A stretch of 63,886 nucleotides of DNA, the filler included, from Octopus bimaculoides (lineage: Eukaryota), in NCBI RefSeq assembly GCF_001194135.2. It is 9 parts of 9 records of this genome, joined end to end, with 100 filler letters (N's around TTAATTAATTAA, not from the genome) between each part and the next. Parts side by side here need not be neighbours in the genome. Positions count along the whole stretch, not along the records: positions 1 to 6,314 come from NC_068987.1; positions 6,415 to 12,754 come from NC_069001.1; positions 12,855 to 43,780 come from NC_068982.1; 6 more parts are not named here. One strand, 5' to 3'. Below, in pieces: positions 1 through 13,585 of the stretch; within the stretch, counting starts at the first letter, position 1, and every line of letters starts with the position of its first letter. The notes under the pieces are model-generated. The model was not told where the DNA came from. It ran no database searches and worked only from the letters and a program-made list of their open reading frames with translations. A program made the translations under genes and the position numbers.

Positions 1-149
1 ATATATATATATATATATACTATGTATTATTTAATTTCCAAGTACGTTTATCTTCACCCTTTTGATGCGACTCTCTTCTCTATACGCTTTCTTCCTCCGT
101 CCTTCTCTAATTCCATTTTTCTCCCCCTTCCTCCTTCATCTTTTCTCTC

Positions 150-665
150 TGTCTCTCTGTCTCTCCCTCTCTTTCACTTTCACTCTTTCTCTCGTTGCTC
201 ACACGTGACCATCCTCTATCTTTCTTTTCCTCACGTGACCATCTTTCTTTTCCTGCACGGATGTTCATAAGAACGGACGTTTTTTTCTCTCTCTTCTATA
301 TTTTCTCTTTCAAAAAATTATTTCTCACAGCGTTCACTATTTTATTGTTGATCTGGTCTAACGAACTTCCATGTTTGTCTTCGTTCGGTTTCCTTGTATG
401 TCTCTATTGTCATGTTTTTGCTCGCAACTTCGACCCTCCATAAATCCTAATTTTTATCTTAGAATTTATGGGAGGAACTGTTTTGCAGACTCATATTGTC
501 GTTGAAAGCTTGGAATGAAGGGTAGATAGACAGCCGACAACTGATGAAGAGTCCTTTCTCTCTGTTTACTTGTCCGGTCCTCCATTTTTCTCGTTGCTTA
601 CGTATTTAACTCGTTTGTTTACGTATTTCATGTTGTTTGAACCGTTGGTGACATCCTGTACCCAT
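150..665 (+). mobile_element. Probable Penelope-like element end (pLTR-like)
   Basis: Pyrimidine-rich region with repeated CACGTGACCAT and an ACAACTGATGAAG motif, ending in (AT)n. Family assignment is from recollection of similar ends and is unverified. Confidence 0.35.
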
Positions 666-671
666 ATATGC

Positions 672-707
<36 letters not shown>

Positions 708-1002
708 NNNNNNNNNNNNNNNNNNNNNNNNNNNNNNNNNNNNNNNNNNNNNNNNNNNNNNNNNNNNNNNNNNNNNNNNNNNNNNNNNNNNNNNNNNNNN
801 NNNNNNNNNNNNNNNNNNNNNNNNNNNNNNNNNNNNNNNNNNNNNNNNNNNNNNNNNNNNNNNNNNNNNNNNNNNNNNNNNNNNNNNNNNNNNNNNNNNN
901 NNNNNNNNNNNNNNNNNNNNNNNNNNNNNNNNNNNNNNNNNNNNNNNTTTATGTATGTATGTATGTATGTATAGAGTGTTAGGTGTGATGTACAGAAATT
1001 GA

Positions 1003-1213
1003 ATATTGAGAAAAAAATGTCGTTAGAATTTTGGAAAAAGAAATCTTTGTATTTCCTCAATATTATTAATGCTTTCGTTCCTTTCTCGAACTTGTCAAAT
1101 AAAGTACATTCACAAAATTTTATTTGACAAGTTCGAGAAAGGAACGAAAGCGCTAATAATAATGAAGAAATAAAAAGATCTTTTCGAAATTTCTGACGAC
1201 TTTTTTCTCAATA
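1003..1213. repeat. Long palindrome / foldback element
   Basis: Perfect 33-bp stem 1071-1103 / 1119-1151 with a 15-nt loop, extended by ~65-bp imperfect arms. Confidence 0.85.
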
Positions 1214-3890
1214 TATATATATATTGTAATGTTACTATCACTCCGAATTTGTTTGAGGCACGTAAACAAGCTACTCACTGTGTTTGTCACGGAAAATATA
1301 TCCCATCTGTTGACAATTGTTGTGTATACACGTAGATCAGCTCGCAGCGCAACTCAGACAGTGAGATGCAAGCATTTCGAAGTACTTACCTCCTCTTCGG
1401 TCACGGATACCACGCAGGCGGCACTACGAGCTGATTGAAGAGACTGACTCACTCCTGCTTTTCCAGTTGCCATACGGCAACTGGTAGCGATGTGCGGCGG
1501 CTGACCCTAAGTAAATTATAGAGTGGGGTGCGCTAAGCAGTGGCAAATTGTAATATTACTATCTGTCCGAATATGCTTGAGACACGTTCAAACTGGTTTT
1601 GTCACGGAAAATATATCCGGTTCATATATACATGTACGTATGTATGTATGTATGTATGTATTTATGTGTATGTATGTATGCATGCATGTATGTATGCATA
1701 TATATATATATATATATATATANNNNNNNNNNNNNNNNNNNNNNNNNNNNNNNNNNNNNNNNNNNNNNNNNNNNNNNNNNNNNNNNNNNNNNNNNNNNNN
1801 NNNNNNNNNNNNNNNNNNNNNNNNNNNNNNNNNNNNNNNNNNNNNNNNNNNNNNNNNNNNNNNNNNNNNNNNNNNNNNNNNNNNNNNNNNNNNNNNNNNN
1901 NNNNNNNNNNNNNNNNNNNNNNNNNNNNNNNNNNNNNNNNNNNNNNNNNNNNNNNNNNNNNNNNNNNNNNNNNNNNNNNNNNNNNNNNNNNNNNNNNNNN
2001 NNNNNNNNNNNNNNNNNNNNNNNNNNNNNNNNCATTCACTGCGGAGTACTCCATTTTCATTTCCGAAGTCTCACTCTCCCTTTCAATCTTTTCCTTTCAA
2101 GTTTTAATTCACTAAACCTACAGTTTATTCTATTGGTGTATACGTAATATAAAAACATTGTTTATTGAATGAAAAATTTTTAATATACCGGTATAATTTT
2201 TGTAAAAAAATTTTAAAGTGATCTTGTAGTTATGGCTGTTTGGAACGCTATAAGCCTTACAATAATAACTATCCGGACCGATTTTGGCCATTTTTTAAAC
2301 TTAAAAACCATGGATTGAGCCCTTTCGGTAAAAAAAAAAACAAAAAAAAAACTAAATATGGGAATCAAATGAGAAAATATATTCAAGTGGCTAGCATGAT
2401 AGAAGAAAGCATGAGGAATTTCATAGTTTCGGTCCCATACAACAAAAGTTTGTATAAAAAAAAATGTGAGGTAAAATATCATGAAAAATAATATAAGGCA
2501 AAAAATTGGATTTAAGTATAATTAACATTTTAAAATAAACAATATTCTAATTAAGCTTAAATGATAGAGCTCAATTCGAGGAATTCCATGGTATTAATCT
2601 CATGCAATGAAGTTTTAAAAGAAAAAAGTTATGAGTGTTTGTTTCTCAAATTTGAAGGTGATAATATAGTTCTATATTTTTTTATGAATGTAGATCTATA
2701 AGAGGACTTTTAATTTATGCCACCGGCATTATTGAGGTAAGGAAAAAATTATCAACGACACCACTAATTTGCAATTAGTTTAATTACGTCACCTGTATTA
2801 ATTAATACAAGTATATTATGTAAACGCAGTCCCGTAATATCTGAGACGAGAAACAGAATCGTAGTAGTTTACGTTGACAGGAATTTCTGTTTTTAAGACT
2901 TCTCATTGGACTATTCAACTACGGTAGTAGTTGAATAATATTCTTAAGGCCGTAATTTACTCACACGCAGCATCTTTCAGAGCTTTGTCGCTAATTCAGT
3001 TCTTAACCAAATTGAAAACTGTTAATTTTTTGAAGATGAAATAGCTTGTCCTCAACCTTTCCAAGTGTAACAACTTGTTCTGTACTTTTTCAGGTTTATT
3101 ATCTTAAGAATATTATTTCTCTTGCTCGCATTTTTCCATGTAATATATATATATATATATACACGCATAAACACATACATATGTGCGTCTGTATATATGT
3201 GTGTGTATGAGAGAGAGAGAGTGAGTGAGTGAGTGAGTGAGAGAGAGAGTATATGTGTTGTGTTTCCGACTCTATATATGTAGATGTATGTATGTGTTTG
3301 TGTGTCTGTGTGCGTGCCATTGTAATGCAACACAATACTGATATCCTGTCAACTCTGTCGTTTGTTACTTATAAAGGCTTGCCCTCCGTTTATCTTGCAC
3401 AATTGTCTTATATTTCATTGTTCTTTTTTACATAATAGTTTTTTCTATCTTTATACTTCATTTATTTTGTAGGTTTTTTTTTCGCTCCGAAATATTTCCA
3501 GTATTCAAAGGTTAAAGTCCTCTCACTATCTGAGATGGTGATTATAGCCTTAGAAACGTATTCTCTTCCAGAAATCTAATGGCGTTAACCGATTTTATCA
3601 TCTGATTACATGTCTTCGGATTTCACCAACCAGTTTCTCTTGAACTTTAGAATGATTTTCTGTACATTTAGCCTTCAACATAGTTCAAATCTTAACCGAT
3701 TGTTTTATTTTTCTGGTTAGTATTACATTACAAGCATACGTACCTACATACTTCCTTTAATAAATACATATATGTATTTCGGACTGACTACCTACTACGC
3801 TGAGGAGAGCTCGTTGCTTAGGACTTATGTAATGAAATTCTGCTACTTGAGTTACACGTGTAGCCTTATAAGGCCTATTCCTTTTTTATT

Positions 3891-3937
<47 letters not shown>

Positions 3938-4549
3938 GACAACGAAGAGGAGAGTGGAGATTTCTTTACATCCCAATCTTTATTATTGAAAAGTTTTCTA
4001 CAGCATATATAACACTGACCTACATATGTTTCGACTGCAGTTCTGAATCGGAACACAGAACTACCCAGCAAGTAAAACTTACAAGTACCAGTATCTCTTT
4101 TAAACTTGAGAACTATTAAATTGAATTGTTGTGGATAGCCGGCATCTATACCAATTTGTGAGGTAAAATGGTACCCGCCAGGATAATGCTTCCTTTTTAT
4201 ACTATATATAAGTACATACACACACACACACACGAAAGATGCTAAAAAGTTCCTAGATTTGGGTAAAAAGAAAATACAGAAGGATCAGTTCATTATGATT
4301 TTATTCAACAAATTCCTTTCTCAGATTCATACACTTATTGCAGCAGACCTTCGGTTTTTTCTAAGCCTTGTGAAAGAACTTGGAATGTTGAGCCTGTAGC
4401 CAGGTCTTTCATGATATCCTTAAAGCCAGGAACTTTTCAGCAACCCCTCGTAAATCTACGTATTAAATATAGGCATATACATATGCATATATGCATATAT
4501 AAATACATATAGATAAACATCCATATATATGCATATTTATCTACCTGTC

Positions 4550-4553
<4 letters not shown>

Positions 4554-4631
<78 letters not shown>

Positions 4632-4684
4632 TAATAATAATAAAAATAATAATACCAACAACAACAACAATAACAACAACAACA

Positions 4685-4763
<79 letters not shown>
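4554..4763. repeat. (AAT)n / (AAC)n microsatellite
   Basis: Direct reading. Confidence 0.97.
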
Positions 4764-4765
<2 letters not shown>

Positions 4766-6054
4766 CTAACGTTAGGGAGATGAAGAGGAAAGAGAGAAAA
4801 GGATTTTAACGGAAAAGTAATGAAGTACATTAATGTAAGAATAGAATAAATATGATAATATAATTAAACAAATTGAGAATAGAATATAAATGAAAGGTGA
4901 TAATAGTATTCAAATATGTACTCATCCATACAAACACCCCAAATGCACATATATGCACATGTACTTGCACATATACATGTATATAGTATATATATATATT
5001 CTTCTTTCAAGATAATTAAAGAGCTGGTTTCGCATTGCTCATCAAGCTAAGCGTTAAAAAATAGACATATCCCTAGGAGGAAGACATATTCCTAGAAGGC
5101 ATAATTGTTCTCTCATTATCTTCTACCTTATATATATATGTGTGTGTGTGTATACATATAAATGCATACACATACATATATATAGCCACACATGCATAGA
5201 CGTATATATACATATGCATATATATATATATGTATGCATATGTATATGCACATGTATGTATGTATGGCTATACATATATATGTGTGTATATATATATGTG
5301 TGTGTGTATGTGTGTGTCTCCATAGATGCATATGTGTGTGTGCATATGTTATGCATGTGTATATGTGCATGTATATAAGTATATGTGTATAAATATGTGT
5401 GTGTGTGTGTGCGTGTGTGTGTGTGTACACACAGATGCATACATAGACAAATAGATACAGACAAATACTTGCATACACACATGTACGTAGATGGAAATGA
5501 AGTTGAAAAAATAAAATGTATGTAAGAGGTTAGGAAACTGTAGAGCCAGGCTAAAAATGGGTGTTGTGGAGACTATGACATAAAATAAGACGCAATGATT
5601 TTTGTTGTAATAGAATATACATGCTCAAAAATCAACCAAATGCATTCTGGAGACATATATTTATATATATGGGCATGCAAAAGGTAATTAATTCATCTAT
5701 GCTGAACACAAATTCTCGAAAACAATTCACGGCGAAAGCAAGAAGAATATCAATTAAGAAACCTTGTAAGTTGCCTTCCCCATTCCATACATTTCATTTT
5801 GAAAAGCATACTCTTGTGTAACTTTGTGTATTCTCGTCTGAAATGGAGGCGATTACCAGCATTTAAAAGTGGATCGTTTGAATTATTATAAAAGTCGTCT
5901 CCACATAAAACCATTGGTAACATCATAGCAACTCCTCAAATAATATAAATAGATNNNNNNNNNNNNNNNNNNNNNNNNNNNNNNNNNNNNNNNNNNNNNN
6001 NNNNNNNNNNNNNNNNNNNNNNNNNNNNNNNNNNNNNNNNNNNNNNNNNNNNNN

Positions 6055-6090
<36 letters not shown>

Positions 6091-6280
6091 TACATACATA
6101 CATGTACGTACACAGGAGCTCACACACGCACACAGACACACATACACATATATATATATATAGGTTTGGTGATACAAACAAGAATATAGAACTCAAAACT
6201 TGAGCATAAATACGTTTTCATCAATAATAGGCGGAAGTTGCAGAGTGTGCAAATGTATCCTTAATATATATACACAAATA

Positions 6281-6314
<34 letters not shown>

Positions 6315-6358
6315 NNNNNNNNNNNNNNNNNNNNNNNNNNNNNNNNNNNNNNNNNNNN

Positions 6359-6370
6359 TTAATTAATTAA
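6359..6370. other. Artificial gap spacer TTAATTAATTAA (also 12799, 43825, 46907, 49675, 55980, 60263, 62526)
   Basis: Identical 12-mer centred in 100-bp N gaps. It is palindromic with TAA stops in all six frames, so it is an assembly linker. Confidence 0.95.
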
Positions 6371-7655
6371 NNNNNNNNNNNNNNNNNNNNNNNNNNNNNN
6401 NNNNNNNNNNNNNNAATAATAATAATAATAATAATAATAATGTGTCTTTGTGTTTGGGTTTTTCTTCACCACCGATTGACAACTGGTACTGCTTGGTGAC
6501 TCAGCGGTTACGGCTGAATAAGTACCACGCTTTAAAAAAATATTACGGTTGGTTCGTTCTTTCAAGGCGATGCCCCAGCATGGCCGCAATTCAATAACTG
6601 AAACAAGTAAAAGGATAACACACACACATATATAAATTAAGAGATAATCGACGAGAACAAGATAGTGGATGTGGTAGGCGAGAAAGTCTGGTTATCCAAC
6701 TCAGTGAAAAAAACCTAAATCAAACGCGAACACAAATATAAAGAACCCAACATGGAAGAGTTAAAAGTAACAGCTTCAAAATGGCGCCGCCGCGCTATAA
6801 GAAAGGGACAGAATGCATAGAGGAGAGAACAACAAAGAGCCTCTTCTCACTTGTAACGTTTGTTAGGGCTGATACCTATTTTTCTATAAACATTAATCTT
6901 TAACAATTTATCAAAGACAGAATTTTATCATATGACAGAATTATACCCACTGTAAAATATCAAAAAAGAAATTCAAAACATATACATGAAATGTGAAACT
7001 GTAAGACTGTATACGTATATAAATATATGTATATATTTGTATATGTATACTTACACATACACACACGCACACATATATATGTATATGTTTGTATGCATAT
7101 ATACGTGTATGTATATGTATGCAAATATTGCATATATGTATATACATATACATACATTCATTCATATACATGTGTGTGTGTGTGTCTAATTTATCAGAAG
7201 TAACAGACTGACTCAAGGTCCGAGAGTTTCATCCATTAGCACATATCAAACTTGATAAGTGTCAATGCGCGAAACTGTCTGACCTAGTGTCACTCTGATA
7301 CTTTTGATAGATATTAATTTTAAAAAATATACATATTCTGCTATTTTGAGTTCTATTGTTCCTGTTTCCATTACCATATATATATATATATAATTGAAAT
7401 TTACAGAAAAAAAAAGACGAAGACAGGTGTATAAACAACAAACAGGTGTATTAGTTTGACGTTCGGGAAAGTGAGACAATATTTTATGTTTTGAGCCTAC
7501 GCTCTTGAACAGAAGGCACACGAGAAAATAAACAGATAGAGAATGAAAAAAAACTTGTGGATTTAGCGGTCAATCATGGCGATATATGTTTATCTTATGG
7601 GATTTTTGTAGAAGCATAAAATACCTGATCAACTCAATATATTATAACAGTTTGT

Positions 7656-7872
7656 AAGGCACCGAGCCGGCAGAATCGTTAGCGCGCCGGTGAAAATGCT
7701 TAGCGGTGTTTCGTCAGCCTTTATGTTTGGCGTTCAAACTCTGCCGAGGTCGACTTTGCATTTAACACTTTCGGGGTCGGTAAAATCAGTACTGGTTGAA
7801 CAGTGATGTCGATGTATTCGACTTATCACCTCCCCCGAAATTGCTCGCCTTGCGCCAAAATTTCAAACCAAT
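7656..7872 (+). mobile_element. SINE family A copy
   Basis: GGCAGAATCGTTAGC...GTTCAAA..TGCCGAGGTCGACTTTG...TTTCGGGGTCG; aligns with the other family A copies. Confidence 0.8.
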
Positions 7873-8136
7873 GTTATAACACAGTTTGTCCACTCCTAGG
7901 TTCGATTCCCAAACCCAGAAATTCCATCGTCAGTTGACATCATCTTCCGTCTATTTCAGACTTCATAGAAAGAGAAAAAATATGAAACACAAATTATAGC
8001 ACATACAATGAGAGTCGAACCCCCTAGGTCTTTTTCGGCCTCTTTATCCCTCATCCATAGCTATGGGTATCATTATTGCACCGATAAAGAAAGAATTATA
8101 TACACACATATAAACATTCACAACACATGCATACAA

Positions 8137-8179
<43 letters not shown>

Positions 8180-8257
8180 CATACATATATATATATATAT
8201 ACATACATATATATATATATATACATACATATATATATATGCATATATATATATATA

Positions 8258-8369
<112 letters not shown>

Positions 8370-8529
8370 TCATTTTAAACTACAGCATCACAAATTCTTA
8401 AAGAATCGGTAGAATTTCAGTTTTGCAATGTGTGAAGACCTATTGGAGATGAAAACATATTTCATATATTATTCTATGCCAGTATTTCGAGTTTTGGTTT
8501 TACTATGCTGCGTATACATACATACATAT

Positions 8530-8562
<33 letters not shown>

Positions 8563-8662
8563 TCTATATGTATATATACATATATGTATATTGTCTGTGT
8601 AGTGTATGTATGTACGTATGTATGCATATATATATATATATATATATATATANNNNNNNNNN

Positions 8663-8693
<31 letters not shown>

Positions 8694-9377
8694 CCTGTCT
8701 TCCAGACACATTCGAACGCACAAAAGCACCCCCAACCCCCAAAAAGCGCAAGTCATTATGAATGCATGACGTATGCAAACATCATTTATGTTATTATACA
8801 TACATACATGCATGCATATATATATATATATATACAATACATATCTGTATAATTGCAAATATTGATTGTTTCAGTGAAATACAAATTTAAAATTAACTTT
8901 TACACCTTTTCTTCCGTGTTTTCTTGTTTTAAATTATTCTGAAATATATTTGACCTTCAACAATAAACTAGAATTTCATTAAATTCCCTGCGAGGAAACG
9001 CCAAATCAACTCATATTAAACAATTCTTGTTTTTCTGTGTGCTATGAGTCATGTGACCAACCGTTAACGGATCTGTTATCACTCGACGAGAAAACATGAT
9101 AGTAAAATGGCATCTGAATCGTTATCAACTGGGAGTGAATCGCAACTAAATTTGAAATATTTGTCGGTTTTGTAGATCAAAGAATGAAGGAAGAGTTACG
9201 AAACGTGCACAGAAACATTCATATGGACTTATTTACATATACATATATGTATATATATACTGACATAGATATTTTTTTTAAATCACATTGTAGATATCTA
9301 GATTGTTCTAGATGCTTCGGTAGTAAATACAAAAAACATTCCACCTTTGTATATGTGTGTTATCTGTGTGAGCATAC

Positions 9378-9440
<63 letters not shown>

Positions 9441-10564
9441 CCTGTATATGTACGATTATATATATATGTGTGTGTATTTGTGTGTGTGTGTGTGTGTGTA
9501 CACACGCACACACACGCATATTGTGACGTACAAATTTGTTTCGAGAAGAAAAAGAAAAGAATGTAAATATATTTTAAAAACAGACGAACGCCAAAAAATT
9601 AAATAAATACATAAACCAATGATTTCCCGCCAATTACCAACATCCATCAAACAACTTTTAATTGCTAATTTGTATAATAATTATTGTTAAACTAACTTAC
9701 AGTATTTATAATCGTTTTAGTGTTGTGTGATTTTTTTTCTTTGATCTGTATTTTTTTTGTAACATTTAAAAAAAGTCTTTTTCTCATTTTTCCAAAAAAA
9801 AATTATATTCCGTTCTGAATCTCCCATGATTCGCAGGGGAAACATCGTCATTAACCTCATTAACATTATTGTTAATTACTGTTTAATTGAGTAAATGTCT
9901 GAAATGAAATGTTGCTAATAAGTTTACATAATTTTTTAATCATGGACTTTTTATTTACAAACATTTATATCAACATTGCATTTCGATCGCTTTCTCCTCA
10001 CGCCATCTGCGGATGTTTTCCTCCAGTATCCTTCTGTATCATGCTGTATATCTACATGATACCAAACTAGAACCAGTTATATTTAGGGTATATATTTTAA
10101 GTACTTGCATTTACGCCCCTTTTCAGTTTGATCTCTTATTTTACTGTATGCCCCGACAATACATACGTAAGTATAAATTCAAATATAATTCAAAAGCAGC
10201 GATAGTGTTGTGAACATTTTCGCACACATATTCTCAACGTATGTGCTGTGGGGATGACTCCGTCACAGCGCAGGATGTTAAAACACCTGAAAGTCATAGA
10301 CAAGCAAGACAACTCGCCCCAAATCCCAACAAATAGTTTTTACATTATTTGTATATAGTCAGGGACAGGCGATTCCGTTCGCTTCCGATTCGGTTCAGGT
10401 GTTATAATTCCCAGCGCTTTGAAGGTATCATTCCAACAGCGCTAAAACGCAGCCTATCGGCGAACTAGCGGCGCCCATGCACCATTTATGTGTATTCGAT
10501 AATGTTTAGCGTCGATGACACTACAGCAAAAGGAGTGAGTTCTCCGACCAGAGGAAGTCCAAGC

Positions 10565-10660
10565 GTTATTTCATTCTGACTTCCTCATAGTATCTTCTTA
10601 GCAAAGATATTAGCGTGGTTTGCCATGGCCTTCCTCAATTCGATGGCAGAGCCCCTCCGT
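10565..10660 (-). mobile_element. RTE/BovB-type motif fragment
   Basis: The minus strand reads GAGGAAGGCCATGGCAAACCACGCTAATATCTTTGCTAAGAAG, resembling the GAAGG.AATGGCAA.CCAC...ATCTTTGCCAAGAA segment of RTE-related LINEs/SINEs. Confidence 0.3.
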
Positions 10661-11269
10661 CGTTCGACAGTTCTTGTTTTAAATTCTACTGGGTGTCCAG
10701 ACACTCTCTTCATGAGAGTAGCAAGCTACTCAAGTGGAGGGAGTCAGTTTAGTCGCTGACCACTTGACCATGGGACAGGCAGTGTTGGTTTCCATGATAC
10801 CAGTAGCAGGTATATGCATACATGCGCGCGCGCGTGTGTATACACATATATAGACGCGTAACCTTCAATATCGGCTGACTCTGATGAGCGTAAAGTTATA
10901 TAATCGGATTGTTACCTAACACTCCATTGTATTTTTTACACGAAACTGATTGGTAAGATCAGCTGTGATGGATATTTAACACTATACTTTTCGGATAATG
11001 TGTTACCCTTCCCCCAAATTTGTCTCTCCTAAAACAAAGAAGCACCCCAGAAGAATCCATGAATTTGGAAAGGTTTCCCTATCCGAATGAGCCACAAATC
11101 AATCATGTTCCACCTTGAAGAATTTCTTTTCGGGATCACAGACTCTTTTCAGTCTATGACGTCACAGTCACGTGCACTTTTCTGCTGCTGTTAGTCTTTA
11201 TTCTCGCTTTTCTTCTTCTTGTCGTTTTGGACATCAGTTGGCCTCAGATGGATTTCCATTGAGGATTAT

Positions 11270-11448
11270 GATGCCTCAAGAGACATTTTAAGATCCACAA
11301 AGATCAGAACTTAACTGCAGTTCTTGGTGATCCACATCGGATATGCAATCTATGTGGTTGTCTTTTCAAAAGCCACATCAGATGCCATGATGGTTCTAAG
11401 GTGTAGGCACAGGAGGTGATGAAACTCTGCATAAGGAGTAGACGACCA

Positions 11449-11452
<4 letters not shown>
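11270..11452 (+). mobile_element. Shorter copy of the zinc-finger-bearing LINE 3' end, with 3' UTR and (AT)n tail
   Basis: LKRHFKIHKDQNL...ICNLCGCLFK--SHIRCHDGSKV* aligns with 35560-35698. It is followed by a ~40-nt UTR and an (AT)n tail. Confidence 0.6.
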
Positions 11453-11489
<37 letters not shown>

Positions 11490-11797
11490 CGTATATACGT
11501 ACGTATGTATGTATGTCCGCACGTATCAGTGTCGTGTCTCTATCACTTGTGAAGTACTCTATACATAATTCAAATGAAAACTACATCGTAGAATTTCTTA
11601 TCTCTGGAGAATCTTAGTATGTAAATGTTGACGTATCTCCCACCATGGGGCCGTTTACATTGTCTTCGGTTGTCTCATGCATAAATCATTGTATCAGTCT
11701 CATACGTAGATATATTGATCTTGCACAAGGCATACGTATGCACATATGCGCATATACACACACACACACGCATACATATATATACATATACAACACG

Positions 11798-11833
<36 letters not shown>

Positions 11834-13311
11834 GGGGGGAGTGAGACATGCATACATATATATATATATAATATTAATGGTTTCTTATTAGGAAACCAAT
11901 AGATTTTATACAGGGCTGCAAGAAGTGCTCAGAATAATTGAGACAAGAGTAAAATATTAGTTAAAGAATAAAAAGATTGGGTTAACGACTCAACATATCA
12001 CACCCCCTCAGTGAAGATATATAAGAAATACAGCATACTCCGTCTAACATAAGGAATAAGAAGAAATAACGCAAGAAGAAATAATAAATAAATAAAAATT
12101 ATAGCATATAGTATAAAATTTTTATACACGAATATATTGTTTCAACCGATAACATGGAACTGAAAAAAATTGAGTTAAAGGTATAATACAATACACGTGA
12201 ATATCATTTCATAGAAGTTAAAAAAGTTAAAATTAATACGAATAAAAATTAATACGGAAGGAGTAAAAATTTCAAATATATAATATAATGATATAATATA
12301 ATATAATATAAGTCGATATAATAAAATAAAATGAAATGAAGAAATGAGATACCATAAAGTAGTCTATCGGTTGAAAAAACAAGGGCAGAAGTGATTTAAC
12401 ACCACTTAGAATTAAAGTTCAAAGTTCTTCACCTCCCTCGGGCATATTTCACACCTCAAAAACAGTAGACACCAAAAGGCAAGGTCGCACCAATCCGGCG
12501 CACACAAAAGCGAACAACAGGCACCCAGGAGGTATCAACAGGCAAAAGTTCAATTGCGCTCACCATGTCCAAAAAAGGTTCACCACACATGAGTCAAAAA
12601 CAATTGCAGCACACCGCAGGTATCCATCAGTATCCATCAACTACATATATATGCCTCTATGCATATATACATTATATATTTATGTAATTCTAAATTTTTC
12701 ATTGCTCTAACGCACGAAACTCCCTCTTCTTGAGTTACTCGATTGCTTCTCCTANNNNNNNNNNNNNNNNNNNNNNNNNNNNNNNNNNNNNNNNNNNNTT
12801 AATTAATTAANNNNNNNNNNNNNNNNNNNNNNNNNNNNNNNNNNNNNNNNNNNNCCAGTCAAGCAGCACATCACACTGTAATTCTTGGGCTGAGAAATCA
12901 ACACTTAAAAGCCATAATTTTAAGGAGCGATAAGAATTTTTGAATAAAGGAAAATGGGTAGTGGTGGGTAGGTACCGCCAGCGAGTAGATAGGGCTCTTA
13001 ATTGTAGATTTTAAATATTTGAGAGACAACAATGCATAAATCGTAATTTTTTAAAAGAGCAATATATATATATATATATATATAATGCCAGAGTTACGGA
13101 ATGGAGTAGGAAAGATCCGAACAACATATGTCGCCTACCGCGGAATATACGAAGAACTTTTTTCAGCCTATCGTTCTTCGATACAAAAAATCCACAGCTT
13201 TCGGTCTCAATAAACCACTATTGTACCTGAAAGATTGCTTTTTTTTGTATACTTATTAAGGATTGTTTGTAGCTAACTTTCTTCCTATACCTCGATCCCT
13301 CGATCTTACAC

Positions 13312-13342
<31 letters not shown>

Positions 13343-13392
13343 CAGTGTGTCATATATCAGAAAGAGAAGCACACTTTAAAATATAGAACAGT

Positions 13393-13585
13393 AAAGTATT
13401 TAAGTAATAAAGTTAATGTCTGGTCATAGAATGACCAATGGTTTCGCAGCCACGAAAGCTGTGGCCTCGCAGACGACTCAGGCTCTAATCCGAGAGTCTG
13501 AGTCGTCCGCAAGATTACTGCCTTCGTGGATGCGAAACAATTAGTCACTCTATGACCAGACATTAACTTTATTATTTTAATATTT
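13393..13585. repeat. Imperfect palindrome / foldback element
   Basis: 13406-13486 matches the reverse complement of 13493-13573 (AATAAAGTTAATGTCTGGTCATAGA / TCTATGACCAGACATTAACTTTATT); 6-nt loop AATCCG. Confidence 0.85.

Noticed and set aside
2912-2937. 11-bp perfect hairpin TATTCAACTAC/GTAGTTGAATA
   Set aside because: Short and AT-rich; probably a transposon remnant or chance.
5026-5055. Hammerhead-like TTGATGAGC-AAT-GCGAAACC on the minus strand (similar weak cases near 4020-4060, 7490-7520, 17660-17690)
   Set aside because: Core mutated and stems I/III do not pair in these copies; at most decayed pLTR remnants.
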